From contig JAAYRD010000168.1 of the NCBI GenBank assembly GCA_012518955.1, positions 1 through 60,025 on the forward strand: DNA of 60,025 nucleotides, written 5' to 3'. Numbering within the stretch: position 1 is the first letter of the stretch; every line of letters starts with the position of its first letter. Below the pieces are notes generated by a model, which saw only the letters and a program-made list of their open reading frames with translations, made no database searches and was not told the DNA's origin. Made by a program: the position numbers and the translations under genes. This DNA comes from Tissierellia bacterium (lineage in GTDB: Bacteria; Bacillota; Clostridia; Tissierellales; Tepidimicrobiaceae). Below, piece after piece: positions 1 through 7,796 of the stretch.

Positions 1-56
1 AGATTAAATTTAATATGACATTATCATAGAATAATCATATTTTTTTCTTAAAACCG

Positions 57-85
57 TTGACAAAGAACGAATGTTTGTATATAAT
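57..85 (+). promoter_or_regulatory. sigma-A type promoter of the LysM gene (TTGACA-17 nt-TATAAT)
   Basis: TTGACA at 57-62 and TATAAT at 80-85 with an exact 17-nt spacer. GAGGTGG RBS at 123-129 and ATG at 134 follow. Confidence 0.7.
64..77 (+). promoter_or_regulatory. LexA (Cheo/SOS) box 1, inside the promoter spacer
   Basis: AGAACGAATGTTTG matches GAAC-N4-GTTC with one mismatch (GTTT). It lies between the -35 and -10 elements. Confidence 0.6.
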
Positions 86-96
86 ATAATCAAACA

Positions 97-110
97 CGAA
101 CAAATGTTTA
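97..110 (+). promoter_or_regulatory. LexA (Cheo/SOS) box 2, just downstream of the -10
   Basis: CGAACAAATGTTTA matches CGAAC-N4-GTT(T). Second copy, 33 nt after box 1. Confidence 0.6.
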
Positions 111-133
111 GAACTTATGTGCGAGGTGGTTAT

Positions 134-451
134 ATGAAAAAAAGATATAGAATAGTGAATAAAAGAAAATTCATTTCTTTTTTAGCACTAATATTAACTA
201 TAATTACTATATCTACTATGTTTTTACTTATGAGGGATAATAAGGTCTACAGTTCTACATACGAAGAAAATTATATAAATGTAAAAGTAGAAAAAGGAGA
301 TACATTATGGAACATAGCAATAAATTATATGCCGAAAGGATATGATGTAAGAAAGATGGTCTTCGAAATAATAGAATTTAACGATATAGAAGGTGCTAGC
401 ATCTATCCTGGTGATTTAATTAAGGTACCCATCAAGTACAACTCAAAATAA
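134..451 (+). CDS. LysM-domain single-pass membrane protein; YneA-like SOS cell-division inhibitor candidate
   Basis: Track ORF is 71-451, but ATG 134 has a GAGGTGG RBS. It has an N-terminal hydrophobic helix (FISFLALILTIITISTMFLLM) and a C-terminal LysM motif (GDTLWNIA...IYPGDLIKVP). Size and architecture resemble B. subtilis YneA, and LexA boxes lie upstream. Confidence 0.8.
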   Translation: MKKRYRIVNKRKFISFLALILTIITISTMFLLMRDNKVYSSTYEENYINVKVEKGDTLWNIAINYMPKGYDVRKMVFEIIEFNDIEGASIYPGDLIKVPIKYNSK

Positions 452-488
452 AGATTAAGGGAGCTTCCTCGGAAGCTCCCTTAATCTT
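451..488. terminator. bidirectional intrinsic terminator between convergent genes
   Basis: AAGATTAAGGGAGCTTCC/GGAAGCTCCCTTAATCTT forms an 18-bp perfect inverted repeat. It overlaps both stop codons and has T-rich flanks on both strands. Confidence 0.75.
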
Positions 489-1458
489 TATTTAATCTAG
501 GTTTTACATTTGATAATGGATTACTATTAACTGCTTGTCTTAATCTTTCATCATCAATATGAGTATACATCTGGGTAGTTGAAACACTTTCATGTCCAAG
601 TATTTCTTGTAATGCTCTTATATCCACATTACCATGCTTATACATTAGAGTAGCAGCAGTGTGCCTTAATTTATGAGTTGAATAAATAGATGTATCAAAT
701 CCAGCTTGTTTAAGATATTTATCTATCATATGTTGTATAGCTCTATTACTCATTCGTTGTTTTCTCATGCTTAAGAATAGAGCTTGGTCATCTAAGGCAT
801 CTTTAGGTCTTACATTTATATAGTCATTTATTGCAGATATACAAGATTCATTTAAATAAATAGTTCTTTCTTTATTTCCTTTACCAACAACAGTCAAAGT
901 ATCATCTTTGATTTTGTTTAAATTAATACTAGATAACTCTGATAATCTTAATCCACAATTTAAAAATAATATAACTATTGCGTAATCACGTTTTCTAAAG
1001 ATCTTGTTTTTATTCTTTAGTATAGTATTTAATAATTTTTCACATTCTTCTAAAGTTAGGTATACAGGATGCCTATTATCAGTCTTTGGAAACTCTAATT
1101 GGGCTGCAGGATTTTTGGAAATCACGCCAACTTTATTATGAAGATAGTCAAAAAATGATTTCAAGCTAGCTACTTTTCTCGATTTAGCAAAATTACCATT
1201 TTCTCGATTTTTGTCAGCGTAAGATATAAAGGCGTGTAAGTCCTGTATGTTGATTTTGCTAATCAACTCCATGCTTATATCATCGATTTGAATCTCCTCA
1301 ATAGGAGTATTCCTATCTACAAGTTTATATCGAATCTTTAGAAACCTAAAAAAGGTTCTTAAATCAAAGAAATACTCTCTTATAGTGTTTGGAGAAATTC
1401 CTTTGATAGTATCCATATAATTCAAATAATCTTCAAGTATTAACGGCATTGCATGCAA
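481..1458 (-). CDS. tyrosine site-specific recombinase, XerC/XerD family
   Basis: Catalytic signature residues are present: GLRLSE (Arg), GKGNKER (Lys), HKLRHTAAT (His-x-x-Arg), LGHESVSTTQMYTH (His, Tyr). The N-terminal SAM-like core-binding domain is present. Confidence 0.9.
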   Translation of the reverse strand: MHAMPLILEDYLNYMDTIKGISPNTIREYFFDLRTFFRFLKIRYKLVDRNTPIEEIQIDDISMELISKINIQDLHAFISYADKNRENGNFAKSRKVASLKSFFDYLHNKVGVISKNPAAQLEFPKTDNRHPVYLTLEECEKLLNTILKNKNKIFRKRDYAIVILFLNCGLRLSELSSINLNKIKDDTLTVVGKGNKERTIYLNESCISAINDYINVRPKDALDDQALFLSMRKQRMSNRAIQHMIDKYLKQAGFDTSIYSTHKLRHTAATLMYKHGNVDIRALQEILGHESVSTTQMYTHIDDERLRQAVNSNPLSNVKPRLNKD

Positions 1459-1490
1459 TTTGACCCCTCTTTTCTATATTTTGTTATAAT

Positions 1491-1518
1491 TAGTCACAAA
1501 ATATTTATTTTGTGACTA
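1491..1518. repeat. perfect 28-bp palindrome (13-bp arms, 2-nt centre; also reads as 11-6-11), about 33 nt upstream of the recombinase start
   Basis: TAGTCACAAAATA-TT-TATTTTGTGACTA, read directly from the sequence. It lies between TATAAT-like hexamers and the AGAGGGG RBS of the recombinase gene. Confidence 0.85.
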
Positions 1519-1801
1519 ATTATATGTTTCGCCATAAGTTTAAAAAAACCTTTATTTATGACTAAAAAGTTTTCTATATTTTTTTTTATTTTTTATATGT
1601 TTTTATATTGTCGTTTTTAAAATTTTCCCAGCTTTAAATAACTTTAAATAACAATGTCATAAAACCATTATAAAATTACTAGCCTAAGATATTCTATTTT
1701 TAAAAAGCCCCATTGGTTCCAATTCGTTTTTTATATATCAATAGTCATCCTACTTTAAAACAAATTAATTATAAAATATACTTTTTATAAAACCAGCAAA
1801 C

Positions 1802-1915
1802 GCAACCTCTTATTTTGGCCTATATCGACTTTTAAACCACATAGCTATCCAAATGGACTAGAAGGCAGTAATCATTCCTTAAAGGCAACCGTGGAGCCTT
1901 AGAGGTTGTTTTTTA
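1802..1915 (+). ncRNA. candidate structured small RNA with a closing stem and U-tract (unclassified)
   Basis: GCAACCTCT (1802-1810) pairs with AGAGGTTGT (1901-1909), followed by a T-run. Internal hairpins are possible (for example 1845-1861). There is no ORF on either strand, and it sits in a 687-bp non-coding gap. Confidence 0.25.
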
Positions 1916-2145
1916 ATATTTTTATAATTTTTTTAAAAATAACTCAAATAAAGCATAGTTTTTAAATTAAATTCCAGATAAATATTATAGTTGTTTATGT
2001 ATAAATCCTGTAGATCCAATTTCTAAGAAAGAGTAAGTGGTTTACATAATAAAAATATGCAAACCATCTCTGTTTATTCTTTATTCTAGAACTTATAAAA
2101 TTAAACTATATATCCCATAAGGAAATTATAACATCTATCTTCCGT

Positions 2146-3339
2146 TTAATTACTTTCAACTATACTTTTAATTCTTTTAAGACCTTCCTCAATATTTTCC
2201 ATTGAAGTCGCGTAAGATAGTCTAATATAGTCATCATCTCCAAATCCTATTCCAGGTATAACTGCAACATTACCCTTATCTAGAAGTACCTTAGCAAAAT
2301 CTAAAGAGTTGTTCACTTTTACACCGTCTAAAATTCTTCCTTTCACTTTGGTAATATTCACCATTATATAAAAGGCTCCTCCAGGCTTTCTACAACTTAA
2401 GCCCTCTATTTTATTTATAGTATTTGCCATATAGTTTCTCCGTTTTTCGAAATGTTTTTTCATTTCTAGTACACTGCCTTGATCTCCTAGAAGACCAGCT
2501 ACACTAGCGTACTGAGAGATAGAACAGGGATTGGAAGTTGTATGACTTTGAAGGTTGCTCATTACTTTCACAATATCTTCATGAGCAGCTGCATAACCTA
2601 TTCGCCATCCAGTCATTGCATAAGCTTTAGACATACCGTTTATTACAATAGTTAAATTTTTAATATCATCATTAAAAGAAGCAATGCTTTTATGTTTTTC
2701 ATCATAAGCTAATTGTTCATATATTTCGTCGGAGATTATAAAAATATTATTTTTTACAGCCCAATTAGCAATTTCCTTTAATTCTTTTTCATTATATATG
2801 GAACCTGTTGGATTGCTTGGGCTATTTAAAATAACTGCCTTAGTATTATCAGTTAAAACCTTATCCAGATCCGAAACATTGAACTTAAAATCTCTATCTT
2901 CCTTCGTATGGATATATACAGGTTTACCACCTGAAATTCTTATTAATTCAGGATAACTTACCCAATAGGGTACTCCGACAATGACCTCATCTCCTGGATT
3001 TATAATAGCCATTAATGCGTTATAAATAGAATGTTTAGCTCCACTTGATATAATAATATTACTAGGCGAATATTCAAGGCCATTTTCTTTTTTTAACTTT
3101 TCACAAACAGCTTTTTTTAGTTCAATAATTCCTGATGCTGGAGTATATTTTACTAAGCCTTCCTCAATAATTCGAATACCTTCTTGTCTAATGTTTTTAG
3201 GTGTAATAAAATCAGGTTCTCCTGCACCAAAACTTATTACATCGATTCCTTCATCTTTCATAGCCTTTGCCCTTGCTGTAATTTCCAACGTTACAGATGG
3301 CGATATATTTAATCCTTTTTTCGATAAATCAAACTTCAT
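2146..3339 (-). CDS. aspartate aminotransferase (class I PLP-dependent aminotransferase)
   Basis: 397 aa with the SKAYAMTGWRIGY PLP-lysine motif, NPSNPTG, and overall AspC/AspB-like sequence. Confidence 0.9.
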   Translation of the reverse strand: MKFDLSKKGLNISPSVTLEITARAKAMKDEGIDVISFGAGEPDFITPKNIRQEGIRIIEEGLVKYTPASGIIELKKAVCEKLKKENGLEYSPSNIIISSGAKHSIYNALMAIINPGDEVIVGVPYWVSYPELIRISGGKPVYIHTKEDRDFKFNVSDLDKVLTDNTKAVILNSPSNPTGSIYNEKELKEIANWAVKNNIFIISDEIYEQLAYDEKHKSIASFNDDIKNLTIVINGMSKAYAMTGWRIGYAAAHEDIVKVMSNLQSHTTSNPCSISQYASVAGLLGDQGSVLEMKKHFEKRRNYMANTINKIEGLSCRKPGGAFYIMVNITKVKGRILDGVKVNNSLDFAKVLLDKGNVAVIPGIGFGDDDYIRLSYATSMENIEEGLKRIKSIVESN

Positions 3340-3404
3340 TTAATAACCCCCATTCAATATTTTTAAATTTACTTACTGATGGCTATTCAATTATCAAAGA
3401 TGTA

Positions 3405-3788
3405 CTAAAAGTTTATTTTATATATATCCTTTAATACATTTTGAATAATGCTTAGAGAGTCTTGAAAAAGAGATTTGTTTTGCAATAGTATTGTTTGATA
3501 ATGTTTATAACCATCATCAGTAAGACGATATCTTCTTATAGATCTTTTGTCTGGCTCGTCCCACCATCCAGCAATATATCCTTCTGTCTCTAAATTCCGA
3601 AGCAAGGGATATACCATTCCTGGGCTTGGTTCCCATTTTCCATCTAATCTGTTCTTTATTTCTTCTATAATTTCATTTCCATAAAATGTTCTATCTTTTA
3701 ATAAATGCAATATATAGAGTTTAACAAAAGAGGTTGTGCTGATCTTAGAGGGAAATTGTCTACTTCGTGCACCTTGATAATTTGTCAA
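3405..3788 (-). CDS. PadR family transcriptional regulator
   Basis: Winged-helix motif YGNEIIEEI...PSPGMVYPLLRNLETEGYI...RRYRLTDDG. The start abuts the stop of the upstream PHP gene. Confidence 0.85.
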   Translation of the reverse strand: MTNYQGARSRQFPSKISTTSFVKLYILHLLKDRTFYGNEIIEEIKNRLDGKWEPSPGMVYPLLRNLETEGYIAGWWDEPDKRSIRRYRLTDDGYKHYQTILLQNKSLFQDSLSIIQNVLKDIYKINF

Positions 3789-4616
3789 TTATACCCTTCC
3801 TTTCATGGTTGAAATATCGTTTAAATTAATATAATATTTACCCAATGGTGATTCTCCATTAGTTTTATCACCATGGAAGTCTGAACCACCAGTTGTAAAT
3901 AAATTGTGTTTTTGAGCTAGGTTTAGCATATATAATACATTTTCTTTATTGTGTTTTGGATGTATAGCCTCTAGCCCATCAATTCCCATATTAATACAAT
4001 AAGCTATTATCCCTTTCTGTTTGAGTATTCCAGGGTGAGCAAGAACAGCTAATCCATTAGATCTATGAATCAAATTAATAGTATCATTTATACTCAATCT
4101 ATATCTTTCCACATAGGCAGGTTTACCTCTATCAAGGTAAATATTAAATGCTTCCTGAATATTATTAACATAGCCATTTTCTATTAAAGCCCTTGCTATA
4201 TGAGGTCTTCCAATGTAATCATTATTTGATAAAGTCTGATTAATTTGGTCTAGCGATATATTTATCCCCATATTGTTTAGTTTGTTTATAATATGTACTC
4301 CTCTTTTTAATCTAGATTCCCTTAATTTATTGGTGATATTTATTATTTCAGATGATTTATAATCAATAAAATATCCTAATATATGTACTTCTTCATCTTT
4401 ATGTACGCAACCAAATTCTATACCAGGTATTATAATAAAATCGTTTAGACTTTTGCTAGCTTGAATAGCTGGTTCTATGCCAAATATGGTATCATGATCA
4501 GTAATAGCCATACCATTAAGTCCTTTATTAAATGCTAAATATACAGCTTCTTCAGGAGCAAATATCCCATCCGAAAAGTTAGTATGTACATGTAGATCAA
4601 AAATCACTTTACCCAT
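3789..4616 (-). CDS. PHP-domain metal-dependent phosphoesterase (TrpH/YciV-like)
   Basis: N-terminal DLHVHTNFSDG, then ITDHD, and C-terminal GGSDFHG PHP motifs. Confidence 0.85.
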   Translation of the reverse strand: MGKVIFDLHVHTNFSDGIFAPEEAVYLAFNKGLNGMAITDHDTIFGIEPAIQASKSLNDFIIIPGIEFGCVHKDEEVHILGYFIDYKSSEIINITNKLRESRLKRGVHIINKLNNMGINISLDQINQTLSNNDYIGRPHIARALIENGYVNNIQEAFNIYLDRGKPAYVERYRLSINDTINLIHRSNGLAVLAHPGILKQKGIIAYCINMGIDGLEAIHPKHNKENVLYMLNLAQKHNLFTTGGSDFHGDKTNGESPLGKYYINLNDISTMKGRV

Positions 4617-4705
4617 CCCCTATTCTATTACTATATATTATATACAAATCATTATAAATTAAAAGGATTAGTATGTATAAAATATGTATAAAAACAATAT
4701 AAAAT

Positions 4706-4736
4706 AAAAAAACCTGCTATATAAACAGGTTTTTTT
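4706..4736 (-). terminator. intrinsic terminator after spoVS
   Basis: AAAAAACCTG-9 nt loop-CAGGTTTTTT, 13 nt downstream of the spoVS stop. Confidence 0.8.
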
Positions 4737-4748
4737 ATTTTCTTAGAC

Positions 4749-5009
4749 TTATCTTGGTTCAACAATTAGTTTAATTGCCGTTCTTTCCTCGCCATCGATT
4801 TCAATGTCTGTAAAGGCAGGTATACATATTAAATCCATTCCACTGGGTGCTACAAATCCTCGTGCTATAGCTACTGCCTTAACTGCTTGATTCAAAGCAC
4901 CTGCTCCAATAGCTTGGATTTCAGCGTTTCCTTTTTCTCTTAAAACCCCAGCTAGTGCTCCTGCTACAGAATTTGGACTTGATTTTGCTGATACTTTTAA
5001 TATATCCAT
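4749..5009 (-). CDS. spoVS: stage V sporulation protein S
   Basis: 86 aa, MDILKVSAKSSPNSVAGALAGVLRE...AIKLIVEPR, the characteristic SpoVS sequence. Confidence 0.95.
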   Translation of the reverse strand: MDILKVSAKSSPNSVAGALAGVLREKGNAEIQAIGAGALNQAVKAVAIARGFVAPSGMDLICIPAFTDIEIDGEERTAIKLIVEPR

Positions 5010-5059
5010 TAAAAAATCCCCCTCTATATTATTTTATATGCTTTGTGGTTATAGTATTA

Positions 5060-5084
5060 ATTCTATAGATAACATAAAAACCCT
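5060..5084 (-). promoter_or_regulatory. candidate sigma-H type promoter upstream of spoVS
   Basis: On the minus strand, AGGGTTT-14 nt-GAAT resembles RnAGGwWW-N11-12-RnnGAAT. spoVS is sigma-H dependent in B. subtilis. Confidence 0.3.
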
Positions 5085-5166
5085 CTTTTATTTCAAAAAT
5101 AATATAAAAAATATTATTTTTTGTATTATTTAAACATAATAAAATATTTAGGATTATATAAATGCT

Positions 5167-6696
5167 CTACTTTGCATACTCAATGGCACGAGTTTCTCTA
5201 ATAACATTTACTTTTATTTGACCAGGGTAATCTAGTTCAGATTCAATTTTCTTTACAATCGCTCTAGCAGTATGAACTATTTGATCGTCTTTGATATTTT
5301 CTGGTTTTACCATAATTCTTAGCTCACGTCCTGCTTGTACTGCATAAGATTTTTCTATACCATCGAAGGAATTAGCGATTTCTTCCAGCTTTTCTAACCT
5401 TTTAATATATGCCTCTAAAGTTTCCCTTCGGGCTCCTGGTCTTGCTGCAGAAATTGCATCTGCTGCTTGTACTAATACCGCCTCTACTGTTTCTGCTTCC
5501 ACATCTCCATGATGTGCTGCGATTGCATGTAAAACTTCTTTAGACTCCTTGTATTTCCTGGCTAAATTAACACCAATATCTACATGTGGTCCTTCCACTT
5601 CATGATCAACAGCCTTACCTATATCGTGCAATAAACCTGCTCGCTTTGCGATCCTTACATCAGCCCCAAGTTCTGCTGCCATAATACCTGCAAGATGAGC
5701 AACCTCAATAGAATGTTTAAGCACATTTTGTCCATAGCTTGTTCTGTATTTTAATCTACCTAATAATTTAATTAACTCTGAGTGAAGCCCATGAATTTCA
5801 GTTTCAAAAGCTGCTTGTTCTCCCTCTTCTCTTATAATGTTGTCTACCTCTTTTTTAGCTTTTTCAACCATTTCCTCAATTCGTGCTGGATGAATTCTTC
5901 CATCTACTATTAATTTTTCAAGAGCAAGTCTTGCAACTTCCCTTCTTATAGGATCAAAGCCAGATAAAACTACAGCCTCTGGAGTATCATCTATAATTAA
6001 ATCAATACCCGTTAAGGTTTCTAAGGTTCTAATATTTCTACCTTCTCGTCCAATAATTCTACCTTTCATCTCATCATTTGGAAGAACAACTACAGTTACA
6101 GTAGATTCAATAACATGTTCAGCTGCATATTTTTGAATTGCACATGATATTATTTCCCTTGCTTTCTTTTCAGCTTCTTCTCTGGTTTTGTTTTCCATCT
6201 CTTTGATCATCAAAGCTGATTCATGTGTTATTTCTTTCCTAATATCATTTAATAACAATTGTTTTGCTTCTTCAGACGTCAAGCCAGAGAGTCTTTCTAA
6301 TTCTTCTACTTGCTTCTTATATAATTCATCAATTATGCTTTCTTTTTCATCTAGATTTTTGGACCTTTTAGCAATTATATCCTCTTTTCTCTCAAGCGCT
6401 TCACTTTTCCTATCGATGGATTCCTCTTTATTTAAGAGACGTCGCTCTAATTTTTGAATTTCGGTCCTTCTTTCTCTATTCTCTTTTTCATTGTCAATTC
6501 TTATTCGATGAATCTCCTCTTTCGCTTCTAGGAGAAGCTCTTTTTTATGAGTCTCAGCATCCCTGTTTGCATCTTCTATAATTCGCTTTGACAATTCTTC
6601 AGCATTATTAATTTTTCCTTCAGCAAGTATTTTTCTTGTATAAAAACCAATTAAAATTCCTGCAATTGCACTTAAAATTACATAAACAGTTTCAAT
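5167..6696 (-). CDS. rny: ribonuclease Y (HD/KH endoribonuclease), with probable non-canonical ATT start
   Basis: KH ([11 protein letters not shown]) and HD ([12 protein letters not shown]) domains. The track ORF starts at TTG 6594, but the frame stays open to 6714 and encodes the expected N-terminal membrane helix ([18 protein letters not shown]). GGAGGTG RBS at 6704-6710 lies 7 nt before ATT 6696. Confidence 0.85.
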   Translation of the reverse strand: METVYVILSAIAGILIGFYTRKILAEGKINNAEELSKRIIEDANRDAETHKKELLLEAKEEIHRIRIDNEKENRERRTEIQKLERRLLNKEESIDRKSEALERKEDIIAKRSKNLDEKESIIDELYKKQVEELERLSGLTSEEAKQLLLNDIRKEITHESALMIKEMENKTREEAEKKAREIISCAIQKYAAEHVIESTVTVVVLPNDEMKGRIIGREGRNIRTLETLTGIDLIIDDTPEAVVLSGFDPIRREVARLALEKLIVDGRIHPARIEEMVEKAKKEVDNIIREEGEQAAFETEIHGLHSELIKLLGRLKYRTSYGQNVLKHSIEVAHLAGIMAAELGADVRIAKRAGLLHDIGKAVDHEVEGPHVDIGVNLARKYKESKEVLHAIAAHHGDVEAETVEAVLVQAADAISAARPGARRETLEAYIKRLEKLEEIANSFDGIEKSYAVQAGRELRIMVKPENIKDDQIVHTARAIVKKIESELDYPGQIKVNVIRETRAIEYAK

Positions 6697-6763
6697 AACG
6701 ATGCACCTCCTATTCTATTTAGTTTTCAAGTTTCATAATACATATTTCTGTAATTAAAACATT

Positions 6764-6795
6764 GAATAAAAATATAAACCGAGTAGTCCCGGCTT
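6764..6795 (-). terminator. hairpin plus U-tract downstream of the four-gene block and inside the rny leader
   Basis: Minus-strand RNA AAGCCGGG-ACUA-CUCGGUUU (8 bp including 2 G-U pairs), followed by AUAUUUUUAUU. Confidence 0.5.
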
Positions 6796-6838
6796 ATAGA
6801 GTCTACACATATAAATTTGTACAACTAGGTACGATTTC

Positions 6839-6867
6839 ATTTTATTACTTTTAACGAGATATGTCAA
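6839..6867 (-). promoter_or_regulatory. sigma-A type promoter for rny (TTGACA-17 nt-TAAAAT)
   Basis: Minus strand: TTGACA (6867-6862), 17-nt spacer, TAAAAT (6844-6839). It begins 6 nt after the stop of the upstream gene. Confidence 0.6.
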
Positions 6868-6872
6868 GAAGA

Positions 6873-7529
6873 TTAGTCAGATGTTATTTGGTCTAGGTGA
6901 CTTTCAGTTCCTTTCAAAGATACCCTATATGCCTTTGTACCAATGGAGGAAAGGTGATTGTTGTGAGTTACCATAATAATCTGTCTTTCAAACATCTCAG
7001 ATGTTCTTTTTAAAAAATCTGCTACGTTAAATATATAATCTTCACTTACATGTTTAGCTGGCTCGTCTAAAATAAGAGGCCCTTCTATTTTAGGTTTATG
7101 AGCTTGAAGAAAAGCTATACGTAAAGCTAAAGATATTATATCAACAACTCCACCACCTCTAGACTGTTCTGGTTTTGTTTTAATTGTGGCATCTTCTGCT
7201 TTTGTAATAACATAAAATTCTGCACTTGGTTTTCCATACAGTTCTTCAATTTCAATTTCAAATTCTACATTGTTTTCAAATATATATTGAATACAATTGG
7301 TTACTAAAGATTCTATTTGATTCTTAGCTTGGCTTCTTGCAAATTCAGAAGTTTTTTGTAATAACAAACTGACCTTTTCAATTAAACTAACTTTTTTATA
7401 AATTGATTTTATTAATTCTTTATTTTCACTAATTTGTTCTATTAACTTTTCTCTCTTACCTTCTTCTTTGGAAATAAAAGAATCAATTTGTGACAAACAA
7501 TTATCTAAAGTTTCATAATTATCGATCAT
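6873..7529 (-). CDS. Rad50/SbcC/SMC-like ATPase, C-terminal head half (signature-like motif, Walker B, H-loop) with a short N-terminal coiled coil
   Basis: SRGGGVVDIISLALRIAF (signature-like), PLILDEPAKHV (Walker B/D-loop), IIMVTHNNH (H-loop). The first roughly 100 aa are heptad-rich. ATG lies 4 nt after the upstream stop. Confidence 0.75.
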   Translation of the reverse strand: MIDNYETLDNCLSQIDSFISKEEGKREKLIEQISENKELIKSIYKKVSLIEKVSLLLQKTSEFARSQAKNQIESLVTNCIQYIFENNVEFEIEIEELYGKPSAEFYVITKAEDATIKTKPEQSRGGGVVDIISLALRIAFLQAHKPKIEGPLILDEPAKHVSEDYIFNVADFLKRTSEMFERQIIMVTHNNHLSSIGTKAYRVSLKGTESHLDQITSD

Positions 7530-7533
7530 AGAA

Positions 7534-7782
7534 TCACTTCTTTTCTAAAATATCTTTTGGTAATAAATCATTAGCTTCTTTAAATAGATTTTTTATTTCT
7601 TTAGTTAAAATATCTATTTCTTTTTCTAATTCCAAAGGGTTAACCCCTAAGTCTTTTAATTCTTTAATTATTTCCTGTTCTTGATTGTTAAGCTGCTCCA
7701 ATCGTGCTTCAGCCTTATATTTCAAAGTTTTAGCTTTTTCTAAGTCCTCTCTTAAAATATTTAAATCCTTTTCATAGTCCAT
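7534..7782 (-). CDS. 82-aa coiled-coil protein (unknown function), middle gene of the split Rad50-like module
   Basis: K/E/L-rich heptad sequence. It has its own GGAGGA RBS 8 nt before the ATG, so it is an independent ORF and not a frameshift remnant. Confidence 0.6.
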   Translation of the reverse strand: MDYEKDLNILREDLEKAKTLKYKAEARLEQLNNQEQEIIKELKDLGVNPLELEKEIDILTKEIKNLFKEANDLLPKDILEKK

Positions 7783-7796
7783 AGCAATATTCCTCC

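Noticed and set aside
1558-1620. A 20-codon hydrophobic mini-ORF (MTKKFSIFFFIFYMFLYCRF) in the long intergenic gap, as a possible type I toxin.
   Set aside because: It has no RBS and is shorter than typical type I toxins. It is made largely of a T-run that yields Phe codons by default, and no antisense RNA partner is evident.
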